47,891 nucleotides of DNA, from the IMG/VR virus record IMGVR_UViG_3300008255_000018, positions 1-47,891 of that record; one strand, given 5' to 3'. Positions 8,408 through 17,145 of the stretch are shown piece after piece. This DNA is from a virus. Taxonomy: Duplodnaviria; Caudoviricetes. Position numbers and translations under genes: made by a program. The notes below the pieces were generated by a model. It was not told where the DNA came from, ran no database searches, and saw only the letters and a list, made by a program, of their open reading frames with translations. The first letter of the stretch is position 1. Each line of letters opens with the position of its first letter.

Positions 8408-8725
8408 TCAGTCGGCGCCCATCATCACCACCGTGTACGTCACCGAGGTGGGCGCGCTGGCGTACAGGTACAGGGGCGCGCCACCAGCTCGCCCAGTCCA
8501 CAGCACCACAGGCTGGGCGCTCAGGGCTGGGTCGTCCACCACCGGGAGGCTGGGCTTTGCCACGTCGTCCACCTCGCGCGCGGCCAGCACCGCATCAAAG
8601 CCTGGCGCGAGGATGATCTGAACCAGGGTCTCGGCGTGGACCGACGCGGGCAGGACGATCACCCCAGGGGTGGGCGCGGCGTCGGCGCTGATCGTCGCTT
8701 CTTTCAGGATTTTTAGCTGTCTCAT
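8408..8725 (-). CDS. Hypothetical virion-associated protein
   Basis: AAGGA RBS; beta-rich; late operon. Confidence 0.65.
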   Translation of the reverse strand: MRQLKILKEATISADAAPTPGVIVLPASVHAETLVQIILAPGFDAVLAAREVDDVAKPSLPVVDDPALSAQPVVLWTGRAGGAPLYLYASAPTSVTYTVVMMGAD

Positions 8726-8740
8726 GTGTGGAGTCCTTTA

Positions 8741-9907
8741 TCAGGTTATCGGCAAGCCGGGTTCAGGGATGATCATAAACGGCGCGAGCCCCTTCTTGTA
8801 GAAGGTACAGAGCTGCGGATGAAACTTGACCATGGGATTATCCACGTCAGGCAACGCAAGAGGCATCCAGTGAAACGCACCGTCGTTATATGGGAACGCC
8901 TCACACATTATCTCTACATCGACATAGCCCTTGATATAACCAGAGGCGTTGACTTGTAGCTTACGCTTCTGGACGTTTCCACCGGCCAAGTAGTTGGCGC
9001 GCGTGAAGTCGTTTGTGATGTTCACGAAACGCCCAAGCGTTTCGATGGTTGTACCGTTGTCACGAACAAACATAATGAGGATAGGCGCCGACGCTTCTAG
9101 CGTATTGTACCCACCCGCCGATCCTTGCAAGCGCGGCATATAGACAACGCCGTCGCGGCGGGCATCAAGCACGTTTGCGACACCACCATTCAAGTTAGTG
9201 GGGAATAACTCTTTGCCTCCAATTAAAGTAAAGCCGCCTCCGTAAGATGATCCATAGCTAGACTCCAAAGACAGCAAGCCGCGCGGCTCATCGTAAATAT
9301 AACACCACCTGTTATAAGCATTATTGGCGCTACCAAACGCCAAATCTACGCCATGATATCGGTTCCCAATTGCACCCATAAATGTGGACAAGGCGCTATA
9401 AGGGCTGGACGCTGGCGCTTGGAAATCCGCACCCGCCGTATAGGTGAGGTCGGTTGTGTTTGCAAAACCCATTGCAAACGTAACGGTTGCGTAATCTGGA
9501 TTAAAGAAAATGTTTCCGTTAGCACTATTACTCGTAGCGGGGTTATTCCACGCTGCGCCTGACGGAGTCTTGTAATAAGCGCCGTAAGTAGCTGCGGAAT
9601 TATTGCCCCAAATTTGATACATCCAGCCCTGTGTACTGGAGTCGGAGCGACCACCAAACCCAAACAACCATTCACAACCCTTAGTAGTGTCGCGCAAAAT
9701 AAAGGCATAACCAAGTGTCCCGGTAACACCAATCCATCGCGCAATACCACTCACCTTGTAGCGCGCCGTATCACTGAACACAGCGCGCATCTCGTCGCGC
9801 AAAGCCAAAACATCAGCCTCAATTCGCGTCTGGTTACCACCAGATGCTAGGCAGTATTCATTCCCACGAATGCCACGACGCTTTATATACTTTCGGTTGT
9901 CGGTCAT
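8741..9907 (-). CDS. Low-GC hypothetical protein, candidate receptor-binding or tail accessory protein
   Basis: 388-aa ORF rich in G/S/N/T/aromatic residues; GC visibly about 45-50% versus about 70% in the flanks; GAGGA RBS. Confidence 0.7.
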   Translation of the reverse strand: MTDNRKYIKRRGIRGNEYCLASGGNQTRIEADVLALRDEMRAVFSDTARYKVSGIARWIGVTGTLGYAFILRDTTKGCEWLFGFGGRSDSSTQGWMYQIWGNNSAATYGAYYKTPSGAAWNNPATSNSANGNIFFNPDYATVTFAMGFANTTDLTYTAGADFQAPASSPYSALSTFMGAIGNRYHGVDLAFGSANNAYNRWCYIYDEPRGLLSLESSYGSSYGGGFTLIGGKELFPTNLNGGVANVLDARRDGVVYMPRLQGSAGGYNTLEASAPILIMFVRDNGTTIETLGRFVNITNDFTRANYLAGGNVQKRKLQVNASGYIKGYVDVEIMCEAFPYNDGAFHWMPLALPDVDNPMVKFHPQLCTFYKKGLAPFMIIPEPGLPIT

Positions 9908-9918
9908 ATCGAGTCCTC

Positions 9919-10131
9919 TTAGGTGAGTGTGGCCGCTGCGACTGGGCGCGGCGTCTCGGTGGTGGCAGCGTAGGTCTGGGGGTCGCGCGGGGATTGAGAG
10001 AGCAGCAAGCCGCCCAGGGTCTGGTCAGGGTGAGGTAAGCGCCCCGCCGCCGAGAAGTCCCAGCCCTCGCCCCCAGAGGTGCGCCTGAACCTATCTCGCA
10101 GACGCGCCGTGTCGTTGCTGCTCGTCGCCAT
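9919..10131 (-). CDS. Small hypothetical protein
   Basis: Abuts the upstream stop; GGAGAG RBS. Confidence 0.55.
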   Translation of the reverse strand: MATSSNDTARLRDRFRRTSGGEGWDFSAAGRLPHPDQTLGGLLLSQSPRDPQTYAATTETPRPVAAATLT

Positions 10132-10557
10132 TCAGCTCTCCACGTTGTACGGGAACAAGCCCAGGCTATGCGCCGCGCCTGTATGCACCGTGACCTGGAC
10201 GCCCAGGCGCGCATACCCCTCGGTGTCCAGAGGGTCTAGCGCGCCGTCGGCCTCGCTCACGTCCACTGTGGTGAGGGGCAGCCACCTGGTGCCGTTGTAG
10301 ACGAACAAGGCCAGGGTCGCGGCGTAGGTGCCCACTCCGAAGACGTACAGGTTGACCGTGCGCAGGCCCTCGATGTTCGCGCCGTCGGTCGCCGTGGTGG
10401 GTGCGCTGGTGGGGCCTGTGCTGGCGTTCAGGATCAGCAACTCAGGCTGGGCAGCTGGCGCGGCGTTCATCACCGCGATGCCAGCAGTCAGAACGCCCTG
10501 AGTCCAGCGCACCGCGCTTTGAAACTTTGACCATAGCTCTGTGGGGGGTAACGCCAT
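10132..10557 (-). CDS. Hypothetical virion protein (beta-sandwich-like)
   Basis: GGAG RBS; beta-strand patterning. Confidence 0.65.
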   Translation of the reverse strand: MALPPTELWSKFQSAVRWTQGVLTAGIAVMNAAPAAQPELLILNASTGPTSAPTTATDGANIEGLRTVNLYVFGVGTYAATLALFVYNGTRWLPLTTVDVSEADGALDPLDTEGYARLGVQVTVHTGAAHSLGLFPYNVES

Positions 10558-10656
10558 CGCGCAAGCTCCGAGGGGTGAGGGTGCGCCCAGGTGGGCGCTG
10601 ACCTCGCCAGCGTCGCGCGCTTGTTCGCAGCCGTCAAGCGCGCGCGCCCCAGCTGC

Positions 10657-11397
10657 TCACTCCACGAAGGTGGCGAGCTTGACCAGCGCCGCGTCAATCT
10701 TCGCGGCTGCTGCGTTCCTGGTGGCCGCGTCAAGGCCAGTGTTGAAGAACCCGGCAAGGGTCGAGTTGGTCACAGCGACGGCGCCCGACGCCAGGGCCGC
10801 CGCATCGATGGCGTTGCCCACCAGGGCGAGGCCCGCGAGCAGATCCTGGGCAGCGCCCAGGGCCTCCACCAGCTCGGCCACCAGCTCGCCCGCCGAGGTC
10901 TCCACCGCGAAGGTGCCCGCGAGCGCGAGCCGTGCTTCTTGGGTGCCCACCTGGAGGATGATCTGATCAGCAGCTGGGGCCACGTCGCCGGTGTTCGTGC
11001 CCACCTTGACGCGCACACCTGACACCGCGCCCAGCTCCAGGTGCCCTCGCTTGGCCACCTCGTGGAGCAGCGCGCGCACCCAGGAGTACCGCGCGGTGGT
11101 GGGTGTGGTCTCGTCGCTCACCGCGCCGATCACCAGGGGGCGAGCTGGTAGCCCATCCTCGCTCACCACCGCCACGGTGGTGCCTGGCGCCTCCACCACG
11201 TCCAGGAGCGAGGGCGAGACGCGCAGCGCCCCAGGCAAGGCCGAGCCGTCTTCTATCCAGCTGGGGGTCAGGGACACGCGCGCGAACGTCTCGTTGCCCA
11301 CCACCTTCGCGCGATACAGCCCAGCCCTGAGCTGGCGCTGGAGATCGCGCGCGGCGTTGCTGGCCGAGCCCATCAGCTTATCCAGGTCCAGGCCCAT
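10657..11397 (-). CDS. Baseplate spike protein (gpV/gp5 OB-fold-like)
   Basis: GLYRAKVVG...RVSL...PGTTVAVVSEDGLPARPLVIGAV resembles the gpV OB-fold signature. Confidence 0.6.
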   Translation of the reverse strand: MGLDLDKLMGSASNAARDLQRQLRAGLYRAKVVGNETFARVSLTPSWIEDGSALPGALRVSPSLLDVVEAPGTTVAVVSEDGLPARPLVIGAVSDETTPTTARYSWVRALLHEVAKRGHLELGAVSGVRVKVGTNTGDVAPAADQIILQVGTQEARLALAGTFAVETSAGELVAELVEALGAAQDLLAGLALVGNAIDAAALASGAVAVTNSTLAGFFNTGLDAATRNAAAAKIDAALVKLATFVE

Positions 11398-12743
11398 CAG
11401 CGCACCCTCGCCGGTATGAGCAGCTTGGCCCAGGGCCTGCGGTACCTGTCGGTGGCCTCGGCGCGCTGCATCATCATGGGGCCCGCGCCATGCTCCACCC
11501 TGCCCACCTTGATATTTGCCCCGTCCACGAAGGCCACAAACAGGCCTGCGCCGTCCTGCTCCAGGGCCTCGGGCACCACCAGGCCGTTAGCCCAGATCAA
11601 GCGCCCAGTGGTGCCGTCATAACAATACAGCCCGTTGTCCGCCGACGCCGCGCCTGTGTAGGTGGAGCGCCCCACATACAGGCGCCCATCAGGCCCCCAG
11701 GCCAGCGACAAGCCCGCCCGCTCGGCTCCTGGCCCAGTCGCATAGGTGGTGGTCCACACCTCGGCCCCTGTGCGCGCGTCGAGGACGACCAGGCGACGAG
11801 CGTTATGGATCGCCACCAGCTCGCCGTTGCTGGCCACGCGGTTAATGGTGGTGCCGTAGGCCACATGCGTGGGCGCATAGGTCCACAGGGTGGCGCCTGT
11901 CTCGGGCACCACCGCCCTGACCCGCAGCTTTGCGCCCGTAGAGTCCTCGTCCCCCACCAGGTAAGCGCGCGCGCCGTCACACCCCACCGCAGGGTTGATC
12001 ACGCCCAGCCCAGAGGTCCAGGGGTGGGCCAGGCTCCACAAAGCCACCCCGTCCCTGGAGGTGGCCTTGAATGCCGTGGCGCCCTGGTCGGCGGTGAACA
12101 GCTGCTCACCATTGGCCGCCGCGCTAATGATGGTTCCCACGGTGTTCACAAACACCGGTGGGGTGGCCAGCGCCTCCGGGTCCACCGCCTCGCTGCCCAG
12201 GTCGGTGGGCCTGAGCAGCAGCCCGCCATCGGTGGCCAGCGCCGCGTATCGGAAGGTCGCGCTGGTGGCCGTGATGGTCTCCAGAACAGCCATGCTCGCG
12301 CGCTCCACCCTCGCATGGGTGTGGGTCGGAACCGCCGTCACCGTGCGGCTCACCTCCACCACCAGAGATCGCCCTGTGCTTACCAGGCCCACCACGCTGT
12401 TAGAGTCGTACCCGGCGACCGGGGCCACCGCCACCGACTGGCCCAGCTGCCCCAGCCCCACCCCATAGCGCGCCTCGCTTATGCACGCGCTGCGTGGGGC
12501 AGGGAGCAGCGCGCACGCATCGCCCTGGTCCGCGAAGTCCAGCACACAGGCGTTCAAGAACGAGGCCGCGATGGGTGTTACTCCATCGACAAAAACAGGG
12601 GTGGCCGTAGGGTCGCTTATATCATAAGGCAAGGTATCCTCGTCGGTCAGGTGGTCGTCTTCGGAGCAGCTGGGCAGCGCGCCCAGCATCATCAGCACGA
12701 GCATGGCGGCGCGCGCGCGAGCTTGCAAGGTGGGCGCGCTCAT
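11397..12743 (-). CDS. Tail-fibre-position protein with a PQQ-like beta-propeller and an N-terminal lipoprotein-like signal
   Basis: True start at 12743 (GGAGGAG RBS, ATGA overlap); repeats SRDGVALW, PETGATLW, ARTGAEVW, GTTGRLIW; follows the tail protein I gene. Confidence 0.7.
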   Translation of the reverse strand: MSAPTLQARARAAMLVLMMLGALPSCSEDDHLTDEDTLPYDISDPTATPVFVDGVTPIAASFLNACVLDFADQGDACALLPAPRSACISEARYGVGLGQLGQSVAVAPVAGYDSNSVVGLVSTGRSLVVEVSRTVTAVPTHTHARVERASMAVLETITATSATFRYAALATDGGLLLRPTDLGSEAVDPEALATPPVFVNTVGTIISAAANGEQLFTADQGATAFKATSRDGVALWSLAHPWTSGLGVINPAVGCDGARAYLVGDEDSTGAKLRVRAVVPETGATLWTYAPTHVAYGTTINRVASNGELVAIHNARRLVVLDARTGAEVWTTTYATGPGAERAGLSLAWGPDGRLYVGRSTYTGAASADNGLYCYDGTTGRLIWANGLVVPEALEQDGAGLFVAFVDGANIKVGRVEHGAGPMMMQRAEATDRYRRPWAKLLIPARVR

Positions 12744-13246
12744 ATCTCCTCCACCAGGTACACCAGGAAGCTGGGCACCACAGGGGCCAGCAGCTCGCGC
12801 AAGCTCGCCTCGTCGATGCTTCCGGCAGGGATGCGCACCGTGAAGCGCCAGGCCGTGGCGCCTGGGCCACACACCGCGCCCGCGAGGGCGAGCCCCGCGA
12901 TACACCCAGGCCCCACCGTGGCCACCACCTCGGCCTCCACACCAGCCACGGCGCGCACGTATTCTTCTATCGCGCTGGGGGTGCCCTTCCGGCTCCACCT
13001 CTCCAGGCCTCCGGCCAGCAGCGCGCGCTTTCGCGCCTCGCTCAGGTCCGGCAGGTACGGGTATCCCTGGAGGGCCAGCAGCCAATCCAGCCACGAGGTG
13101 GGCGCGCCCTCTGGGGTGAGCAGCTGGGGCAGCTGGCCGATCTGGCCGCGCCATTGTTCAAGGGGCTGGGCCACCGCGAGCGCGAGGCGCTTGGCGAGGT
13201 CCACCGCGCGCCACATAGGGGGCACCAGGCGCAGGATGCTGGTCAT
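12740..13246 (-). CDS. Phage tail protein I (P2 gpI-like baseplate wedge)
   Basis: LTPEGAPTSWLDWLL...WSRKGTPSAIE; follows baseplate J. Confidence 0.8.
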   Translation of the reverse strand: MTSILRLVPPMWRAVDLAKRLALAVAQPLEQWRGQIGQLPQLLTPEGAPTSWLDWLLALQGYPYLPDLSEARKRALLAGGLERWSRKGTPSAIEEYVRAVAGVEAEVVATVGPGCIAGLALAGAVCGPGATAWRFTVRIPAGSIDEASLRELLAPVVPSFLVYLVEEI

Positions 13247-14448
13247 ATCAGGTCCAGGGTCAGGGGGTGGGCCACGTCGGTGCCCGCCTGGTGGAGTCCA
13301 TACAGGGCATTAGGGCCGCCGTTGGCCCAGGCCTCCAGCTCGCCCAGCTGGGCCTCGGCGCTCCAGGTGGCGCCGTAGTCCTCGGAGGTGCGCACCCAGA
13401 TCCGCTCGATGCGCTGGGCGCCGGCCACGGCGTTGAACAGCGCGCCCAGCTCACTCGCCCACAGGCTCTCACCCCAGGGCCACCCCTCGCTCTCCACGGT
13501 CACGCCGTCGGCGGCGTACACAGGGGGCGCGCTCAGGTACAGGTCAAAGGCCGCTTTGAGAGCCGCAGCCACCGAGGCGCCGGAGAAGCCAGACCGCAGC
13601 TTGACCTCCACCCTGCTCAGGTGGGTGAGCCTGAGCGTGGGCTGGGCCACCACCACCGCGAGGCCTGGCACGGTGGCCGCCTCGGTCTCGGCTTTGAGAG
13701 TCGCCCTGGTGGCGGCGTTGCTGCTGTTCAGGGGGTCGATGTAATAGGCCTCGTTGTTGTCGTCCAGCAGCAAGTGGACGACGAGGGCGCCCAGAGAGCC
13801 GAAGGCGCGCGCGCGCGCCACCCCAGGCTGGTCTAAGGCCAGCTGCTCCAGATCCTCGCTGGTCAGCACCCTGCCCCCACCTGTGCGGATCAGCGCAGGA
13901 ACTCGCGCCTCCAGCTCGGCCAGCGGCTCCTCGTCCTGCCCACCCTGCGCCGCCACCAGGTTGGTGATGCTGACCAGCCCAGCGATCGGCGCGTCTAGCC
14001 TGGTCACGGTGCCCGCGTTCACGTTCCCCCCTGTGCCTGTGGTGGTACAGGTGGCCGTCACCGTATCGGTGGCGCTGGGCGCCAGGACGAGCTCCACGGC
14101 GGTGGCGAACTTGATCGCGTCCACACCAGGCCCAGTTTTCACCAGGGTGCCCAGGGGGATGGTGGCGCCGAGCGCGTTGGCCGTCGCGGTCAAGGTGACC
14201 GTGGCCGCCGCAGCGGCTTCGGGCGCATAGCCCAGCAAGGTCAGGATCATCGCCCTGAGCTTGTACGGCCACTGGTTCAGCTGGAACAGAACAGCGCCGT
14301 AGAAGGCGCCCAGGCCCTCCACCAGCGCCACCTCGGGCGCGCTACGCGACCTGTCGGTCAGCTCGGCGGGCAGGGCGTCGATGACGCTCGCCACCACCGC
14401 CTCTTCGTCGCGGGGGTCTAGCACAGGGATCGGTATGGAGGTGGTCAA
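13243..14448 (-). CDS. Baseplate J-like protein
   Basis: LDPRDEE, TIPLGT, GTGGNV, GGQDEEPL, RVLTSEDLE...PGVARA; TTG start. Confidence 0.9.
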   Translation of the reverse strand: MTTSIPIPVLDPRDEEAVVASVIDALPAELTDRSRSAPEVALVEGLGAFYGAVLFQLNQWPYKLRAMILTLLGYAPEAAAAATVTLTATANALGATIPLGTLVKTGPGVDAIKFATAVELVLAPSATDTVTATCTTTGTGGNVNAGTVTRLDAPIAGLVSITNLVAAQGGQDEEPLAELEARVPALIRTGGGRVLTSEDLEQLALDQPGVARARAFGSLGALVVHLLLDDNNEAYYIDPLNSSNAATRATLKAETEAATVPGLAVVVAQPTLRLTHLSRVEVKLRSGFSGASVAAALKAAFDLYLSAPPVYAADGVTVESEGWPWGESLWASELGALFNAVAGAQRIERIWVRTSEDYGATWSAEAQLGELEAWANGGPNALYGLHQAGTDVAHPLTLDLI

Positions 14449-14485
14449 GGGGGGCTCCTTCGGGGGTTGTGGGGTGAGCGCGCGC

Positions 14486-14890
14486 TCAGGTGGCGAGGCG
14501 GTAGAAGGGGAACGTGCGGGTGGTGGGGGTCAGCTGCCCCCTCGCGCGGTAGGTGAGCCGGAAGGCCACCGTGGCATCACTGGGGCGCACCCCCAGGATC
14601 TCCAGGGTGAGATCCTGAACGCGCGGCTCGCATCGCTCCAGCGCCTGGGCCAGCGCCCAGGCCAGCGCCACCACGTCCGTCACAGGGTCGTATACCTCCA
14701 GGGGCACCCCATAGCTGGGGTCCAGGGGGCGCGAGCCCAGGGGGGTCTCCAGGATCAGCCGCAGGGATTCATCGATGCGCTGCTCTCCGGCGGTGCGCGC
14801 GAGCTGCCCAGTGGGGGCAGCTCTCAAGGGCCAGCTCCAGCCCTCGCCATAGATGCGGCGTTGCTGGGTGAGCAAGGTGGGGGTCGTCAT
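14486..14890 (-). CDS. Baseplate wedge gp25/gpW
   Basis: IDESLRLILETPLGSRPLDPSYG...ALERCEPRV. Confidence 0.9.
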   Translation of the reverse strand: MTTPTLLTQQRRIYGEGWSWPLRAAPTGQLARTAGEQRIDESLRLILETPLGSRPLDPSYGVPLEVYDPVTDVVALAWALAQALERCEPRVQDLTLEILGVRPSDATVAFRLTYRARGQLTPTTRTFPFYRLAT

Positions 14891-15936
14891 GGGGCACCGT
14901 CGTTGTAAAGGTCCAGCTGCTGGCGATCCATCAGCAGCTCATCGGTGATGCTTTGTATCACCCAGGCGCCATTGTAGCGCGCACCCACCCCCTCCGCGAA
15001 CACGGCGCGCGCTGGGCCTAGACCTGGCTCGGCTGGGCTGATCGTGGCCTTGGCCGTGAACACCTTGCGCTGGCGCGCCCCGGCCAGCAGCGCGCCTTGA
15101 ATGTCAGCCTCGGTGAAGCTGGGCGCATCCTCCGAGGCACCCAGCACAACCCCTGTGTTTGCGAGGTGGACCGCGCGCGCCTGGGCCTCGGCGTCGCCCC
15201 CCTCCAGCACGGGCACCCCTTTCAGGTTCACGATATTGGAGGTGGTGCGCCTGGTCTTTTTCTCCACCTCCACCTCCCAGCTCACAAGGTTGTCGCCCGC
15301 GCGCAGTACCACCGCCTTGGTGTCCTTGCCCAGCTCACCAGCTGGGCGAAGATAGAGGGTGGGTGGTGTCTCAAGGGGCGAGCTGCCCAGCAGCTCGCCG
15401 GACTCCTCTAACCACACGTCCACCCCCACCGCGCCGCACAGGCGAGCCAACAATTCCCAGTCGCTCTCACCATGCTGGACGACCGTTCCGTATGCGCCCA
15501 GGCGGCGGATCAGCGCGCTCGGTGCGTCGAGGGTGGCGCCGATGCTGTCGGCCACCTCGCGCGCCAGATCCTGGAGGTCCGAGGCCGAGCGCACGCGCGC
15601 GCGCTCCACCACCTTGGCCGCGCGGCACTTGTCCACCGCCACCAGCTCCACTCGCTTGCTGCCCATGTTCCATCGAAAGGTGGTCAGGGTGCCGGTGAAT
15701 ATGCGCCGCTGGCGCCCCAGTGGACCCCAGACCGCCACCACCTGAACCGGCGCATTGGACGCCGGGAGCGGCAGGCTGTTCGCCAGCACACCGCGCGGGT
15801 CCGCGAGGGTCAGGGACAAGCTGCCCCCCTTCTTGTCCCTCGTGCGCGTGCAGCTCGCGGCCAGCAAGATGCCATCGCCCTGGGCGAACTCGATGCCGCC
15901 CACGGCCACCGACGCTATATTCTTCGCGTTGCTCAC
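14887..15936 (-). CDS. Baseplate hub (gpD / Mu gp44-like)
   Basis: IFTGTL, QHGESDWELLARL, LRAGDNLVSW, GARYNGAWVIQSI; GTG start with GGAGGT RBS. Confidence 0.8.
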   Translation of the reverse strand: MSNAKNIASVAVGGIEFAQGDGILLAASCTRTRDKKGGSLSLTLADPRGVLANSLPLPASNAPVQVVAVWGPLGRQRRIFTGTLTTFRWNMGSKRVELVAVDKCRAAKVVERARVRSASDLQDLAREVADSIGATLDAPSALIRRLGAYGTVVQHGESDWELLARLCGAVGVDVWLEESGELLGSSPLETPPTLYLRPAGELGKDTKAVVLRAGDNLVSWEVEVEKKTRRTTSNIVNLKGVPVLEGGDAEAQARAVHLANTGVVLGASEDAPSFTEADIQGALLAGARQRKVFTAKATISPAEPGLGPARAVFAEGVGARYNGAWVIQSITDELLMDRQQLDLYNDGAP

Positions 15937-16628
15937 GTCGCCACCTCCAGCCCTGACTCGTCGCGCAGCGGTAGCACAAGCGCGGCGCGCGCGCTGCCCA
16001 CCACCTCCACCAGCATCATCGGCCAATAGCGCGCGAGCCAGACCACAAGCCACGCATCCAGGGTCATGCTCACGGTGAGCGCGAAGCCGGAGGACGAGAA
16101 CAGCTGGAGGCGCGGCGCTCGTACCTCGTCGGAGGCGACACCTTCAAAGCTCGCCAGGGCAAGCTCCACCCCTGGGCCAAAGTCCAGCTCTGCCGGGCCA
16201 CGAAGCGCCACCAGGAAGCTGCTGGGGCTCACGTCCTCGACGCGCAGGACGCACAGGCCGAACAGCTCGCGGCTCGCGCTCACCACCACTGGCCCCACAC
16301 CCAGCTCGCTCTGGCTTGCCAGATCCACCTCCACAGGGGGGGCGCCTCCAGGCACCCCCTCAAAATCGCGCGGCGAGCTGTTCGGCTCGCCGTCTGTGCT
16401 GACCCCCAGCTCGGGCGCCTCCAGGTCCAGGGGGTCCACCACCTCGCTCGCTTCGGCCACCTCGCGCCATTGTCTCCACTCGCCCAGCCCCAGGTGGGCG
16501 ATAGTCCAGATCGTGGTGCTGGCCCCCTCCAGGGGCCATAGGGCAAGGTGCCCATCCTCCAGCACCTGGGCGCCCAGCCTATCAAAGGGCGCTTCACTGG
16601 CCTGGGGTGCGGTCTTCTTCGTCGCCAT
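15933..16628 (-). CDS. LysM/tail-X-like baseplate protein with a C-terminal extension
   Basis: TIWTIAHLGLGEWRQWREVAEASEVVDPLDL resembles tail LysM domains; synteny. Confidence 0.55.
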   Translation of the reverse strand: MATKKTAPQASEAPFDRLGAQVLEDGHLALWPLEGASTTIWTIAHLGLGEWRQWREVAEASEVVDPLDLEAPELGVSTDGEPNSSPRDFEGVPGGAPPVEVDLASQSELGVGPVVVSASRELFGLCVLRVEDVSPSSFLVALRGPAELDFGPGVELALASFEGVASDEVRAPRLQLFSSSGFALTVSMTLDAWLVVWLARYWPMMLVEVVGSARAALVLPLRDESGLEVAT

Positions 16629-16635
16629 CTCGTCC

Positions 16636-17136
16636 TCACTTTTCCTGGTCAAGCGCCTGTATTGTGATCTCGGCGGTGAGCGCATCGCCCGCGCCGTTCG
16701 TCCTGATACGCCGGATCCCCACCTCGGTCAGCACCACCCTGTACTGGTGGGTGCCGAAGGTCAGGAACCACCCAGGCGGCTCCTGGGCCGCCCTGGTCAA
16801 GTCCTCGCGCGCGCGCTCCAGGGGCCTCAACACCGTGGCCTCCAGGATGCGCGGATCATCGCCCTGAACCAGGGCCGTGAACCTGGTGGCCGCTGGGTCG
16901 TTGCTGCTCCAGTCCAGGCTATCGCGCACCACCCCAGGCGCGCCGCGCTTGGCCCAGCCCTGGGGATAGGACCGGTCCCATGACTCCGGGTTGATCGGGA
17001 ACGTGATCACGGTGGGCACCACCAGCCCGATGCTGACCAGCTGCACCTGGTACGGCTTGCCCTCCACCTCCACCGGGATGAAGTCGTTGCCCAGGGCGCC
17101 AGAGGTGGCGCCCGCGCTCACAATTACGTTGATCAT
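16636..17136 (-). CDS. Tail tube initiator (gp48-like)
   Basis: ITFPINPESW...FLTFG...GDALTAEITI; follows the tape measure gene. Confidence 0.65.
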   Translation of the reverse strand: MINVIVSAGATSGALGNDFIPVEVEGKPYQVQLVSIGLVVPTVITFPINPESWDRSYPQGWAKRGAPGVVRDSLDWSSNDPAATRFTALVQGDDPRILEATVLRPLERAREDLTRAAQEPPGWFLTFGTHQYRVVLTEVGIRRIRTNGAGDALTAEITIQALDQEK

Positions 17137-17145
17137 CGCTCGTCC

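Noticed and set aside
11397-13154. 585-aa version of the fibre ORF
   Set aside because: The extension overlaps tail protein I in another frame; the RBS and ATGA coupling support the 12743 start.
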